A stretch of 64,000 bases of DNA, taken from NCBI RefSeq assembly GCF_964355755.1, contig NC_092679.1:14243432-14307431 (forward strand), read 5' to 3'. This document shows positions 11,715 to 26,700 of the stretch, one piece after another. The translations under genes and the position numbers were made by a program. The stretch is from Antedon mediterranea (taxonomy: Eukaryota; Animalia; Echinodermata). The notes below the pieces were generated by a model, which saw nothing but the letters and a program-made list of their open reading frames with translations, was not told the origin of the DNA and did not search any database. The stretch's first letter is position 1. Each line of letters opens with the position of its first letter.

Positions 11715-14700
11715 CATCGGTGCTGTAATAATACTCTTTTGTAGAAGAAGCACTGTAGACAAACACAGGCGATGTTCCTCGTTGTTCCCATTCACATTCG
11801 AGATAATCACAAATAGCAATCCAGCCAACATCATTGCGACACCCGCCAAAGGATGAATGAATGAAAAACCGTCGACCATATGTACTATTAAAATTTAAAC
11901 AATCATTACGGCTTGGATAAAACTAGTACAGTAATAGTAATTCTATCAAGGCAATCTGATATTGCTTGATCAACGCGTTGGTTCTAAGAATCCTAGTATA
12001 AGCCTACATCAAACCAAGTTATCAAATATAATGTCAACAGATCAGTAAATTAATATTTATATTAATTGTATTAATACTTACTCATCGTCAATGCTGAAGG
12101 AAACCAATGATACACCTGGCTTCAAATCTGTCCAAGGTGACGTTATTAAATTATCTATTGAAAACCATGAATGAGTAGTAGAGCCAACTCCATCAAACAC
12201 CAAATATCTAAGTTCGACACCCGATTCAGGATACAGCGTCAGCTTAACCTGCAAATAAAGATGTGAAGGGAAATCTCATCATCGAATTTATTTTCTTAAG
12301 CCGCAAGCGTATTTTCCCCCGAGACTTATTCTGAAAATTGATTGCAAGAGCTAGCCTAAATATAACTGAACCTAACTCTCTAAATACTCTCTCAACTATT
12401 TTTTTAAAAAGCCCCACTAAATAAAGTCGATAGCTTTCGAACCGGGAGCCCCGGTTACATTGAAGTCCGGTTAAAGGTATACATACTAAAAAAATCATGA
12501 TTAATTGTGAATACCTTTAATAAAACTACAATGGTCTATTTGAAGTTTGATTTTGCTCATCTTTTATTTTCCTGCTTTGAGGGACAATAAATATATTGCA
12601 TACGGTAACTTCACCATTTAGCCAAACAGCAGAAAAAAAATTCAGATGTCTCGCAGTTTATTGTCTCGACATTATATTTTTAACTTAATAAATATCATCT
12701 ATGATCGAGTAATACTTTGCCTATTTCATTAATTCTCTGTGTGGGCTTTTTCTTCATATGGATTGGCATGGTGGACTGCAAGAGTATCGGGTGCGCGCGG
12801 CATGATCAATCTTATATTGTATTCACATTCTTAAATTGTCTGCTCATGTTCAGTGTGGTTCACTATAGAAAGACGGGAGACGCAACGCGACGAGTTTACC
12901 AGTGACAAGCGCGCGACATGACAGTTCGAATAATCCGTGCTTGTGATTGGTTATATTATTACGTTGCGCTCACATCCGTACACTAATCAAATTTAAATTT
13001 GTGTATGTTAAAAAGAAAGAATAATATATAAAATATATAAAGAATAATTTAAAATGAATAATAATACATTACAATTTTTATTATAGTTATATATTTTTTA
13101 AATTTTTCACAGACATAAAGGCGGTACTTTTCTTTGGCCAGTCAATAATTGGAATTTCGAATACAAAAAAGGTAGGATATTGATTGTAAAACTCTAAATC
13201 ATAAAATAAATTCGTACTGTTCAGACGAAATAAGAACGATGAGGCATAATTTTGCTTGACAACAAAAAAGGAAGAAGAGACAAACAACCCGACTTTTGTC
13301 ATTATAAAACAGCTGATACCAAATGTAGCGATCGCTTGTTGATACTGTAAATAATAGGCGAATAGAGTTATATATTGAGCAATATTTATCGCATTAAAAA
13401 GTCTATATTTTCCTTTTAAAAAACCGCATGTTATGTTATGTGGACTGTTGCGCGTGCGTGCATCGAGCTTCGTGGAACCTGTGAGCGCAACATCTCCCCT
13501 CTTCTCCTCCCAACACAATGAAATTGACATTTCCGATCACATCAAAGTAAGCTATATACCGAAGGCCTACAAGATGTCTATGAAATGGTGTAAAAACAAT
13601 TGCCGGTACAGTATACTTCAATTGGTAAAAAACATGTAATAGGCCTTACGTACTTGAGAGATTGGCAAATCTTCCCAGTTTTCAAAGACGTCATTCAATC
13701 TGAAGTTGCGAGAAGTTTGAAGGTTAGCAGCATTGTCGTCTGTTGATGCTTCTATTCCATTATCATAGGATTCTAGCACGGATTGTTCGTTTCCAGCGGC
13801 GGCTTTGAATATCAAGTTCCATGCTTTATAAAGAAATAAATACACTTGAATTGAACCGACACTCCAGGAAAACGTGTCCACTTACGGGAGGTTAATTCGG
13901 TTAATAGAGGGCTAGATTTAGTAGGCCTACAGATCACCGATATAGTTACGCTATACTTTTTACCTATATTTAATAAAATTGTTGAATAATAATATTTTAT
14001 ATAAATTATATTCGTCGTATGATCTAATATTCGCAGCGGCGCCTTTTTTTATTTTGTGAAAATTCATAAAATTTTAGAAATTCGATTCTTAAATTGATTT
14101 TTAACGTACCACTATTGGAGCAATCGTCATCATCAAAAACACACGTGTCCAAGCATGACTTTTTGTTTGATACTGCTTCGGTTCCACATATCTGGTAATG
14201 CTTTATTCAAATTTGAGCAGAAAAAAGAACATTCACATAACATATTTTATACTTTCTGTAGTGAAATAGGAATATTGCATAAAGCGTTTCAGATGTGTGA
14301 AATTAAAACTTATAGGCTAGAATACTACAATACCATGGAATGTCTATTCGTATATCGATAGACATTTTATCTCATCTTTTAAAGAAAATTCCCATTAAAA
14401 ATACTTTTTAAATGCACAATTTTTTTCTCAATAAATCTCAATACAGTAAGCCTACATATTCAGTCGAACTGTGATTATTTCAGCGGACATAGGCTACCTT
14501 GTAACTAAACTCATAGTTGACCACCTCATCATCTGCAATAATCTCTTCTGCATCCTGTATTTTGACATCATTTAAAAGACACGTTTTATTTTTCTGATAA
14601 GTGACTGACATACAACGTAGATCCATCTGACAAGATTTGACACAAGAAATTACAGATGATTTGAAACTAGCGATCACGTGACCTTGTAATATCCCACTAG

Positions 14701-17700
14701 ACTCAACTTTCTTCATTGTGCTAGAGCGTTCAAATTTCTTGTTTAATACAAAACGAGTATCAACATATCCTATAAAAATGAATCAACGCCATTCATCAAA
14801 ATGTATTTTTGTAGCGGCCTACAATAATAGTATTTGTTTCTTTCACAATGTTCTATGTAGATTCAATAAACCATGCGATACTATATTTTAATGAAAAGGT
14901 ATAATAGTATTGAAATTTATATTTTATATGTTTAATATTAGTATACACTTTTAGAAACACAATGAGTATTGGGTATCACTAGAATATTAATAATAATACT
15001 AATATCCTAAATTTATAACGCACAATGTCGTGAAACCTCTAGGCATAAGCGTACATTATTACCACGTTCATTTTTGGATAGATTTATATTTTTTTTTTTT
15101 TTTTTTTTTAATTCAGTATATTACACAGAGGCGCCTTACAAAATGGAACCATCTTAGCTTCAAGGCGCCTCAGATTAACAAATACAACATTTTAAAACAA
15201 CTAACAGAAACATCAATTAAATCTTCCAGAATTAACAAGAAATTGTTGTACATAATAAAATAATAAAGCATTTTCACAATTCGAAAGAAGATCGGAACCA
15301 AAAATAAAAATTTCACTTAAAAATGTAAAATTAAATGTTAAAGAAAAATCCTTGGCTAAGATACAAGTAGAATATCTCTTTGTGTATTATAATTAGGGCA
15401 GTAACATAAGAAATGAAGCGGATTCTCAACATTAAAGCCACAAGTACAATTTGGATTGTCCCGAAGTCCATGTAAGAATAAATGCGAATTGAGACAGCTG
15501 AAACCAAGTCGGATTCTAGTGTGAATTTGGTTAATCTTCTTATCACCTGTATCATAATAAGAACGTTTTTTTGTTTCAAACAAATTGGATTTCAGTAGCA
15601 ATTTTTTAAACTCAACAAGAAAGGAGGAATTTTTTTATTTCATTATTTAACTCATTCCAATGTGTTATAATAGATGGGACAAAAGATAAACGATATGATG
15701 TGGTCTTACAAAATGGAATTATTATATTTCGGATGTTACGCAAGTTATAAACTTCAATATTGTCAGAAAAATTAAATAAGGAGTAAAGATACACCGGTGT
15801 TAACTTATGAATAATTTTAAAAAACAGTATTAGGTTAAGAAATTGTCTACGTTTTTCCAATGATAACCAGCCTAATTCTTGTCTTAATGCATTAAGCAGT
15901 AATTGGACGTAATCCGGTACAGACGCGCCCTATCTGGCAGCGAAGAAAATACTTATTTTCATGCTTTTTTGTTTTCTTATTTGATGTTTGGTGTGGATAT
16001 TCTGTTTGCATTTAACTGTCTGTTTGTGGTGATGTGATTTGTTTGGTGAAACTTTGTTTGTGCTGTCTTAAAATTGTCAAGTTGGAACTGTACTAAAGCT
16101 AGGCCCATTGTTGGTACATATAACATCTCGGATTCGCCGGAAACGTTGCAGTGGTGGAGAGGCTTGTCCTGACGGAGCATTCCAGTGATCCTCATTTGCA
16201 TAACAATGTGTTTCAGTAGAGAGCGTATCGCAGGCTATAAGCATTCCGACGCTAAACTAAGCAAGGATGTATTCGTTTCTCTTAAAGAGCTGGGAATTCT
16301 AGCCACCCACCATCGCGGTTGTCGTGGAGGTAGATTCAAACAGAGAGTAATACCAGTTAGGATATCCTCAAGACATAACCATAGGCAGTGTGGAAAAGGT
16401 TCCAGTGGATGTAACCCTAACAACCTTGTTCATCTCGCTCAACAATATACTGGGTGGAATTTTCCTTCGTTTTTTAGTACTAATGCTCTATCGCTACCAA
16501 ACAAAATGGACGAACTTGTCCATAGAGTTAAACAATCTGCCTACGACATCATTACAATTACGGAAACTCACCTCAAACCATTTATTTTAAATACGATTGT
16601 GGAAATTGAAGGCTACTCTCTTATTAGATCAGATAGACCAGGCGATAGAAGAGGCGGAGGAGTAGTCGTATATGTGAAAGACTCAATTCCTTATAAAGTT
16701 TGGTCAGAAATTAAGGATGAAGCATTCGAGAGTATATGGATAACCATTCGTCCCAAACGCTTGCCACGCAAAATCGCGAATATAACCATAGGATTGATCT
16801 ACCACCCTCCAAATTCAAATGATTTAGAAATGTGCAACCATATTATTCACAGTCTTGATTATGTGTGCTCAAAGCACCCGGAAACCGGCATCGTGATTAC
16901 TGGTGATTTTAACCGCATAAATTGGTAAAGTTCCCGCTAAAGCAACTAGTTAAAATACCCACAAGAAAGGAAGCGATTCTCGATTTGTTTTACTAGATGG
17001 CACGCTCGCTTCGCTCGCGTACCATCTAGGTCGTGCCCACAGATGGTTCTCGAATACACAGTATTTCCAGCGAGAAAAAAATGGAGATTTCAAATGTACG
17101 TACCGCAGGACTATAATACATTGTCGTTTACAGAAACGAATAAATATACACAATGATTTATGTAGTCAACCAAAATTAGCACCCTGGGAATTACTTCCGA
17201 GAGAGAAACAAAATGAGTCAAATTTTTTTATTTGGACTCATTTAAACAAACCCAATTTGTGTTTTGTATGTAACATTAAGGGTTGAGGGATGGGGGAAGA
17301 AGATAGGTACAAAGAGGAAACATTTTAAAATATATTCTTATCCACTCAGTAACGAAATATTGTTTTTAATGTTTTATAGGCCTATAAATAATATACCACT
17401 AAATACAGTAAAACATTTACGATTTAATACGGTACTTTGTAAAAACTCTCACTGTCATAGTCGATTGAAATAGTAAAGTACATGTAACGATACACCACTA
17501 CGACGTTTATATATTTTTAAATTATTAATTAATACAAACGTTGAGAAGCAACTGTCAGTAATAACGTTTATTTATTTCTATATTATATGTTTATAATCTA
17601 ACAGTAGGGCCTACCCACACTCACAGTAATAAAGTTTATTTGTATATATTTTTATATTACATCTAACAGTACCAACACTCACAGTAAGAAATTTGCGATT

Positions 17701-20700
17701 CAAATTGCGATCAAAAGTGGTTAATACCTTAACAGTATTGTACAGCATTGCAATACTATTTATGTTTATTCTCCAAGGGGGCCCATAAATCTAAATCTAA
17801 ATCTATACCTCTATGGTTAAACCAAATAATTTGGAATGTTTATTTGTATATTATATGTTTATAATCTAACAGTAGGGCCTACCCACACTCACAGTAATAA
17901 AGTTTATTTGTATATATTTTTATATTACATCTAACAGTACCAACACTCACAGTAAGAAATTTGTGATTCAAATTGCGATCAAAAGTGGTTAATACCTTAA
18001 CAGTATTGTACAGCATTGCAATACTATTTATGTTTATTCTCCAAGGGGGCCCATAAATCTAAATCTATACCTGTATGGTTAAACCAAATAATTTGGAATG
18101 TTCCATTCATCACAAATCAATACATTTGTAAAAACGTATATTAAATGTATCAAAATAGTATTTTTTAAAGAAAATCGGCCTGTCTTCAACATTATGATGC
18201 TGTACTCGAACTGTTCAACCGGTTTTCAGCCATTAAAAACAATTATCGTAGGAGGAGATAGGAAAATGCGAAGCCTCCTCGCATTTTTGTGGCGGGTATT
18301 TTTCAAGACGGACATCCATTATACAGTGTATACCACGGTCGGAAAACACCCCTATTTGGGGCAAATCTTGGAACCTAAATTCGTTTTAACCGTCAATAAC
18401 TTATTATCTAACTTAATTTAATTAGTAAACAGGGTTACATCAGGTGGTTAAAATCAGTACCGAAAGTACGAACCAACTTTATATACCATCGAGTAAAAAT
18501 TCTAGAAGTAAGGCGCGATTTACCGAATTTTGCCCTTACGTAAATTTATATATAGATACGTCATTGGGAGAGTTTTATTTGGCCCCTATCACCGAGCCTC
18601 CTCTTGGCCTTTCGGACCATAGGGTAGTTATCTGCAAGCCGGTCGCAAATGTGAAACTTGATCACTACTACACTAACAAGAGCCTTAAGAGGTTGTTTAA
18701 ACTGAACAATAAACTTTTGTTTTTTGAGGACATTTGTAGTATTAGATGGCATGATATGTATAAGTTAAATGATTGTTATAGTCAATTTAAGTTTTTTAAT
18801 GATAAGTTACAATCTTTATATAACCATCATTTTCCCCTTGTTCCCTTAACACAGTATGTGATGGATAAACCCTGGGTTACTTCCAAATACAAGAATCTTA
18901 TTCGTAAACGTCAAATTGCTTTTAAGGAAGGAAATCTTATTGAGTTCCGCTCACTGAGAAACAAAGTTAACCGGATGTCAAAATCCCTACGTAAATCTTT
19001 TTACAAAAACAATGTAGCTAGGCTCTTGAATTCGGATTCCCGATCCTGGTGGAAACACACCAAAAGGTTTCTCAATCTAGGATGCAAAGAAAATCATGCA
19101 CTTGTAGGAATGTCAAATTTGCTGTGTAACGGCAATAATACCTTGCTTTCAAATAAAATTAATCAATTTTTTGCCTCATTGACCACGGAATTTAACCCCC
19201 TCCCTCCCCTAGATCCACTATTAGATATTGATGAAATCCCTAGTCACCTTATCATAGAGCTGGAAACTGTCAGGATTAAACTTAATCAAATTAAATGTAA
19301 TAAAGCCCCTGGTCCAGATGACCTTCCCCCCTGGGTGTTTAAAGAGGGTGCTGAGATTCTTAGTGGTCCTTTATGTGCTATTGCTAACTCAAGTGTTAGA
19401 AACGGATGGGTTCCCGAAGAATGGAAACGAGCCAATATTGTCCCAATCCCAAAAGTGTTTCCCCCAAAGTTGGTCGAAAGTGATCTCCGCCCAATAGCTT
19501 TAACTCCTATAATGGCAAAGGTAATTGAGAGCCTAGTGGGCGAAATGATCTGGCACCAAGTTAAGGATAGGATTAACCTAAACCAATTTGGTTGTTGTAA
19601 AGGTGTTTCTACGGTTGACGCCTTAATTGAATTCCTTAATGTTTGTTTCCTTGCCACTGATGCGGGCGAAGAGGTTAGAGTTTTATTATTGGATTTTAAA
19701 AAGGCCTACGATTTGATCGACCACAACATTCTCTTAAACAAACTCATTGCGCTGGGGGTTGATAGTCACCTGATCCGATGGGTTAATGCCTTCCTGTATA
19801 ACCGACAACAACGTGTTAAAATTGGTGATAGTCTTTCTGAATGGCTATCGCCAAACGGAGGCATACCCCAGGGGTCGTGGATTGGCCCTATTATGTTTAT
19901 TATTTTTATCAATGACCTTTTAAATGGTAAACCATGTGTTAAATTTATGGATGATACTACTGTATTCGAAAGGGTGTCTAAACTGTCCAATAGTAACTTG
20001 CAAAATATAGCTAACTCGGCCCTTGCATGGACTCGGCTTAACCATATGACCCTCAATGCTAAAAAAACATGTGAATTAATTGTGAGTTGTAAGAAAAACA
20101 AGTCGATATTTAATCCTCTAATTATTAATAAATGTAGTGTTAACCAGGTTTGCCGTACTAAGCTCCTTGGAATTATTATATGTGACAATTTATCATGGCA
20201 ACCCCATATTGAGTCTTTGATAGCTAAATCAAACTCACGGTTATATTTCCTTAAACAATTGCGCCGGTCAGGTCTAGACGCCCAAGCCTTATGCTATTTC
20301 TATTGTTGTGTTATCAGACCTGTACTAGAATACGCCGTCCCCGTTTGGGGAACGTGCTTAACTAAATTGCAGTCTGACCAACTGGAAAGTATCCAACGAA
20401 GGGCGCTTAGAATCACGTTCCCAGAGCTCAGTTACAACAAAGCAATGGCTCAATGTAATGTGCCTGTGCTATGTGAACGTCGAACTAGACTGTGCAAGGA
20501 TTACTATCAGAAACTTAAAAACCCTTCCCATAGACTACATCACCTTCTTCCAAAAGCGCCCAAATCTAGATACAATTTAAGACAAGTTAAAGAATTTTGC
20601 ATTCCAAAAATAAAAACGGAACGATCAAAAAATTTTATTGTAAACTTTGGTCTCTTTCACAAGTGGTAAGCATACATATATATCCCTGCACAGTCGCTTC

Positions 20701-23700
20701 GTTCCCTGACTTGACTTCAGTTTGTCTGTTGTTCGATGTTTTTGTGTTATTTGATTTATATCGTTGATGGATTTGATATATTTTTTCATTTAAGTATAAG
20801 TATATATTTTTGTATAATTCAACCCAAAAGTTGCAATAAAAGTATTTTTATCAGTTATTTATCAGTTTTATCAGCATTATGACTTGTATGTTTCCACGCA
20901 CCAGTACATATTCTACCTGCAGAAATCTGGATATTTTCTAGTTCATCACTTAATTTATCTGGGATATTACACCAAACAGGAGCTGCATATTCCATTAATG
21001 GTCTAACGTGTGATATGTAAATGTGACAGAGAGCCTGTCGAGGTAGAATATGTTTGACACGACGTAGCATATTTAAAGATAAAGACGCTTTGTTAATTAC
21101 AGATTGGATATGGGAATCCCACTTGAGTTTTGCATTAAGCATTACACCAAGATGCCTATGATCATTTACAAATTGTAGATTTACATTATTGAAATTTAAA
21201 CTAACATAGTTATCTAAATGTTTACGTGTAAACAGTATAGCTTTCGTTTTGTTAGCATTGAATGTTACTTTTTTACATTTTTTTGCCCAATTATAAATGA
21301 CATTAAGATCACCATTTAATTTTTGTTCTGAAATATTACGATCTGTACAAATATCATATAACGAAGTATCATCTGCATATAAACTAATATTAGATTTGAT
21401 ATTATCAACCATATCATTTATGAATACAATAAATAAAAATGGACCCAAAACAGATCCTTGGGGTACTCCTGCTGTAATGGTCACCCAAGGACTGGTAGTT
21501 CCTTCAATAATAACACGTTGCTCACGTGAGTTTAAGTAACTTTGGAACCATTTTAGAAGAGTGCCATTAATTCCATATTGATTTAATTTGTATATAATCC
21601 CATTATGCCAAACTTTATCGAAGGCTTTGGAAATATCCAAAAATACCGAGATTACTTCTTTCCTTAAATCTAAAGCTCTATTAAATGTATCTATAAGATA
21701 AAGAAGTTGATACGTTGTCGAGTCACCTGGTGTAAAACCAGATTGGAATTGAGTAAGAAGTTTATTATCCACAAAGTATTTCAGGCCCGTATGCAGCATT
21801 TATAATGGGGGGGTGCGAGCGAAGCGAGCAACAATGGCTGGGGGCCGCCAAGGGCCCCCGGTCAGGGTCCAGGGTCCGAAGGCCCTGGAAAAATTTGCGT
21901 TATTTGACGTTCTAAAGACTGATGTAAGACTCTCTGTTGTGCCTTGGGCTAGTTGAACGATGGACACCAGAACTTAACGCTTTCATGATGAGGCCAACTC
22001 AGCAGGGGTGGCGCCAGGATCTTCCCGACGCGGGGGCTACATTCCCCGACGAGGGGGCTATGCGAGCGACGCGAGCATCACTAGGCTGAGGGCCAGGGGC
22101 CGCCAAGAGCCCCCGGTGGGGGTCCAGGGGGCGAAGCCCCCGGAAGCAACGCGTTCTAGTGTCATTTGAGGTCTTTTTAATCAGATTTAGGGTAGCCATT
22201 TTTTCCATTTTTTATAATGCATAAATAAAATACTGCGTGCAAAAAAACGATGCGCGATGACTGTTTCAATCCATATTTTTCAATTTAGAAAATAAAAGTT
22301 CAAAGAAAATTTAGAAAAATAGAGTTGGAGGTCCCGGAAATTGGACTTATTATACTTCAAAACATGAAAAAAAATATATAAGTCCCTATCATGGGTTGTG
22401 ACTGAGCTAAGAAATGTTTGAAAAATAGAGATGTTAGGTCCCGGAAAATGTACTTCTTGTTCTTCGAAATATGACCAGCTTTATTGTTGGGGCTGTGCTA
22501 AGAAAATGTTTAAAACTAGAGCTGCAGGTCTTCAAAAAATTGCATTTTATACTTTGGAAACATCAGGCCTAGAGGCTTAAAAAACGCAAGCGTAGACCTT
22601 TTTCAGTCGGGGAAAAAAGTTTATTCCTCCCAGGTGTATGCATGCGTACCATCTGGACTTCCGAGTGGTGAGAAATTCATGACATACAGGATATTGAAAA
22701 TGTAATAACTATAGCTATAATGTTGGCTAAGCGAAAATGGCATGTTTTTTTGTTTAGTAATGGATGAAATATTTATTTTAGGTGCCCCACGGTACAGAAG
22801 GTTACTTGTAAATTAAAAAATTGGTGAACAAACGAACAATTAACATAATTCGTTTTTGCTGTAGTGTAGCGTACGTCGACGCAGTACACGACGTAACCGT
22901 CGGTAAACTTCGCCTGGAAAATAACACATTACACATTTTGGTCCCTGGATGAAAGACTTGATATCACGCGTCTCGACCCAACGTTGAACGATTCGTACAA
23001 AGGGATACCGCCAGACAAGTGCGTACCTAGCTATTGTTTAGTAGTAAGTTAGATCGCTGGCAATAATGAATGCATATAAAGTGCATAATATCACTCTGAC
23101 GTACTCTCACGGTCAATGAAACGTCGCGGTTTTCTAGGCGCTGAAGCTAGCTACGAAGTGAACGCGAACGCTTTTTACTGTATATTATATTCCCCGACAA
23201 AAAGTACACGTGTTCCCTTCGGTAACCGTCGGTAAACTTCGCCTGGAAAATAACTACATTACACATTTTGGTCCCTGGATGAAACTTGATATCACGCGTC
23301 TCGACCCAACGTTGAACGATTCGTACAAAGGGATACCGCCAGACAAGTGCGTACCTAGCTAATGTTTATTAGTAAGTTAGATCGCTGGCAATAATGAATG
23401 CATAAAAGTGCATATTAGCCCTCTGACGTACTCTCACGGTCAATGGAACGTCGTGGTTTTCTAGGCGCTGAAGCTATATGAAGTGAACGCGAACGTTTTT
23501 TACTGTATATTATATTCCCCGACAAAAAGTACCCGTGTTCCCCGACGTTAAGTTGTCTGTATTTCTCCAGCAAACACTTTACCGCGTACCGCGTACATGA
23601 AGCGCTAAGCTATTGCTTGTCGTCACATGATCGACTGCGCATGTTTTACATCGAGTTTGTAGTCAGTTCAGATTCCGTAATTTAATTACCGGTATTTTTT

Positions 23701-26700
23701 CATTTTATATTAGCATATTTTTGTTTGTATACCATTGATAATGTAAATTTTGTATATATATAATGATATTGTCTTTAGTTAAACAAGACAAGAAAAAATA
23801 CCAACCGAGGAAATAGTGGACCTTTTGGGACTTGGGGGGGGGGGTGCGTCTGCACCCAACGCACCCCCCCCCCTGGATACGGGCCTGTATTTATATACTA
23901 TATCAAAAACTGCACGCTCAAAAATTTTTGCAAAGTTGGAAAGTATGGATATTGGGCGGTAGTTCTCAATAAGGGATTTATTGCCTTTTTTATGCAGAGG
24001 AATGACATTTGATTTTTTCCATTCCACAGGAAAATATCCTTGGCTTATGCAGAAGTTATAAAGCTTTGTCAAATGGGGTGCAATAATTTCAGCAGATTCT
24101 ATTAGTATGATACTGTGAATTTCATCAGGTCCCATCGCCTTGTTTTTATCCAGCATAGTTAATAATTTCATGATCTCATCAACAGATAATTTGAGAGTTG
24201 AGAGTCTCGATGCAGTTCTATATGTGAAGTCCGAAGGAAAATCATCATGATTAGGAATAAACGATTGAGATTTAAAATAATTGTTAAACGCTTTAACTTT
24301 CTCACTATTTAAAGTTAGGACATCATCGTTTAATTTGATTGGAGGAATCTTATAATATTGTTTGGAATTACAAACTGAATTTATGGTAGACCACCAAGTT
24401 TTTGAATCACAGTTTTTATTCATTAATAAATCAAATTGTTTATCCAAAAAAGTTTGTTTAGCTTTTCTTATTGCTTTAACAACTTTTGCGCGAATTTTCT
24501 TAAAACGTTGCATATGCGAATTTGAGTTATTTCGAGTGGAATGGGCGCGATTTCTTTTGCGAATAAGAGTTCTAATATGCGCATTAATCCAAGGCTTGTC
24601 ATTAGGACGCACAGTTATAATTTTAGATATAATATAGTTATCAACACAATTATTAAATAAGTCAATCCAATTATGACAAACATCTTCAACCTTTGAAGAT
24701 GAATAAACTTCTTCCCAATTTACAGAATTAAGAGCATTACGATATAAATTAAAATCAGTTTTTTCAAAAAGATATATTTTACGATTGTATGGCTTGTCCC
24801 GTGTGATACGAATATCAATATTTGCATATACTGGACTGTGATCACAATTTAAAAGTGGGCACAATGCACCAAAATCATTAATATATACATTTTGACTAGT
24901 AACTATATGGTCAATACAAGACCGTTGTTAAACCGTTTTGTTGTAAAAATTCGTAAAATGATTTTCCAAATCTATTTGTGTTTCCATCATTGTACCAGTT
25001 GTTATTTTGAGCATTCATATCGCCCATCATTAAAGTTAAGCTGTGTCGAGACAAAACAAAGTTATTAATACTGTTTTGAAAATAGTCAAGTAGATCCTGA
25101 TCAGATTGAACATCACTTTGTGGTGGCCTATAACATACATAAGTCAAAATCGTCCAGTTTGAAACTTGTATTTCACACCTTATCACATCTGACAAGAGAT
25201 CATTACAAATATGGGAATTAACTAAGTGTATAGAATTAGATATGTAAAAAGCACATCCGCCGCCATGGCGGTTTCTATCATTTCTAATAGGTTCTTGATA
25301 ACCGTCTAGTAAAATGTCATGGTTCAAGATAGTTTGATCTAGCCATGTTTTTGTTAAAGCAATAATATCATAGTTATTTAAATTTGCTAGGTGTTGAATT
25401 TCAGCTAGTTTACCTGGAACGATTAGACTACGTATGTTAATATGGCAAACTGTTCCGGACCAGGATTTGGATGTATATCGCCGCACATTAAAAGCATGCA
25501 CATTAGAACATTATTACGCCCCAAATTTATGATAAATAAATTATCCATTATCAGTAAAAAAAATAAGTAAAGTACTCACTATTTATATACATTAGGATAT
25601 ACCTTGTCGGCGGCAAATAGATAGAGATAACATGTATAAATATACAGATCTTTGTATCTGAATGACGCCATATAGTCAGAAAGTGACAATTGCTGGATCG
25701 GGTGTGATGAGTATCGTGTAATAAAACCCCTTTTATAAAGGCAATGCACCTTTTACGTAGGCCTATAGTGTTAAAAAAATAGAAATTTTAATGAATTTTG
25801 TTTTTCTCTTCTGTAAGGTTTTTTTTTCCTCTTTTGAGCCAAATATAAGGCAACGAACAAAGCCGTTCAGATGAAACACAATAACGACACAGAAGATAAA
25901 AATGTAGGTACTTATGATAATCGAACCATTAAAAGACATCTGATTTACCTTCATAAACCGCCAAAAATGAGTAAGATCTGTAACCTGTATGATTCGCCAA
26001 CTTGTGTGAGGAACCAATAACTAGACCGTCGACATCAATTTGAAATGCTTGCTCAATCCTAGATGTTTCACTGTAGTCATATGGCAAAATTACCTGTGGT
26101 GTTAAAAGATTTTTAAAAGGAGATGTATAAATAACGGTAAGAATATCAATACTTATACTAATTAGCTGAAATGTAATTTAAAGATGTATTGTTCCCCCAA
26201 AAACATGAAAACATGAAGATTAATTAAATCAGACTTTGAATATGTTATTTTGTAGTTTTAATCAAGCTAATCACTTCCATAGAAAAAAAATAATGTTTTC
26301 ACTAAATTGACAAAATAAATGGTTAAATTCAACCAAAAACCCACTGGCTGGCAGCCAATTTGACCATTTTTTGCTTTAAATTACAGTTTTTCAGGTAAAT
26401 ACATTTGTTTTCGATACAATTTTTGGTCAAAGTGGATAACTATTATATTACATTAAAATTATTATTATTATTTATTGCCAAAAACCAGTTACAAACAAAC
26501 AAAACACAGAAACTAAGGGAGTAGGCAGGAACCTAAAAGTGAACCTAATCACTATAACAAGAGTTCAGGTTCCGTACTCCCAAAGTAACAACAATGATAT
26601 AAAATAAACTATATAAAAATATTTAAAAAACAAATAGACGAATCAACAGTGTCAATATAAAATAAACGGATAAAATACATAATAGTCGATTCAACAAAGT

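Larger units (their letters stand above)
15089..25550 (-). mobile_element. CR1/L2-group LINE (host element), split by two insertions; segments 15089-15894, 20874-21781, 23888-~25550
   Basis: APE endonuclease 24911-25501 (INIRSL, YRPP, GDMN), RT 23888-24864 plus 20874-21781 (GVPQGSVLGP, YADD), C-terminal CxC..H..C knuckle 15356-15601, poly(A) tail 15089-15109. Frames rejoin across both insertions. Frameshifts near 24915 and 15605. Confidence 0.85.

Noticed and set aside
18444-18556. N-terminal extension of the 741-aa RT ORF
   Set aside because: It is chance read-through from the Helitron end, starts at GTG, and is not part of the LINE protein.
19286-20188. Minus-strand ORFs of 123 and 140 aa
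   Set aside because: Antisense shadows of the LINE RT.
25575-25671. Possible alternative first exon (MASFRYKDLYIY...) for the PAN exon
   Set aside because: Donor sites in that frame are not phase 1, so it does not join exon 14769 in frame.
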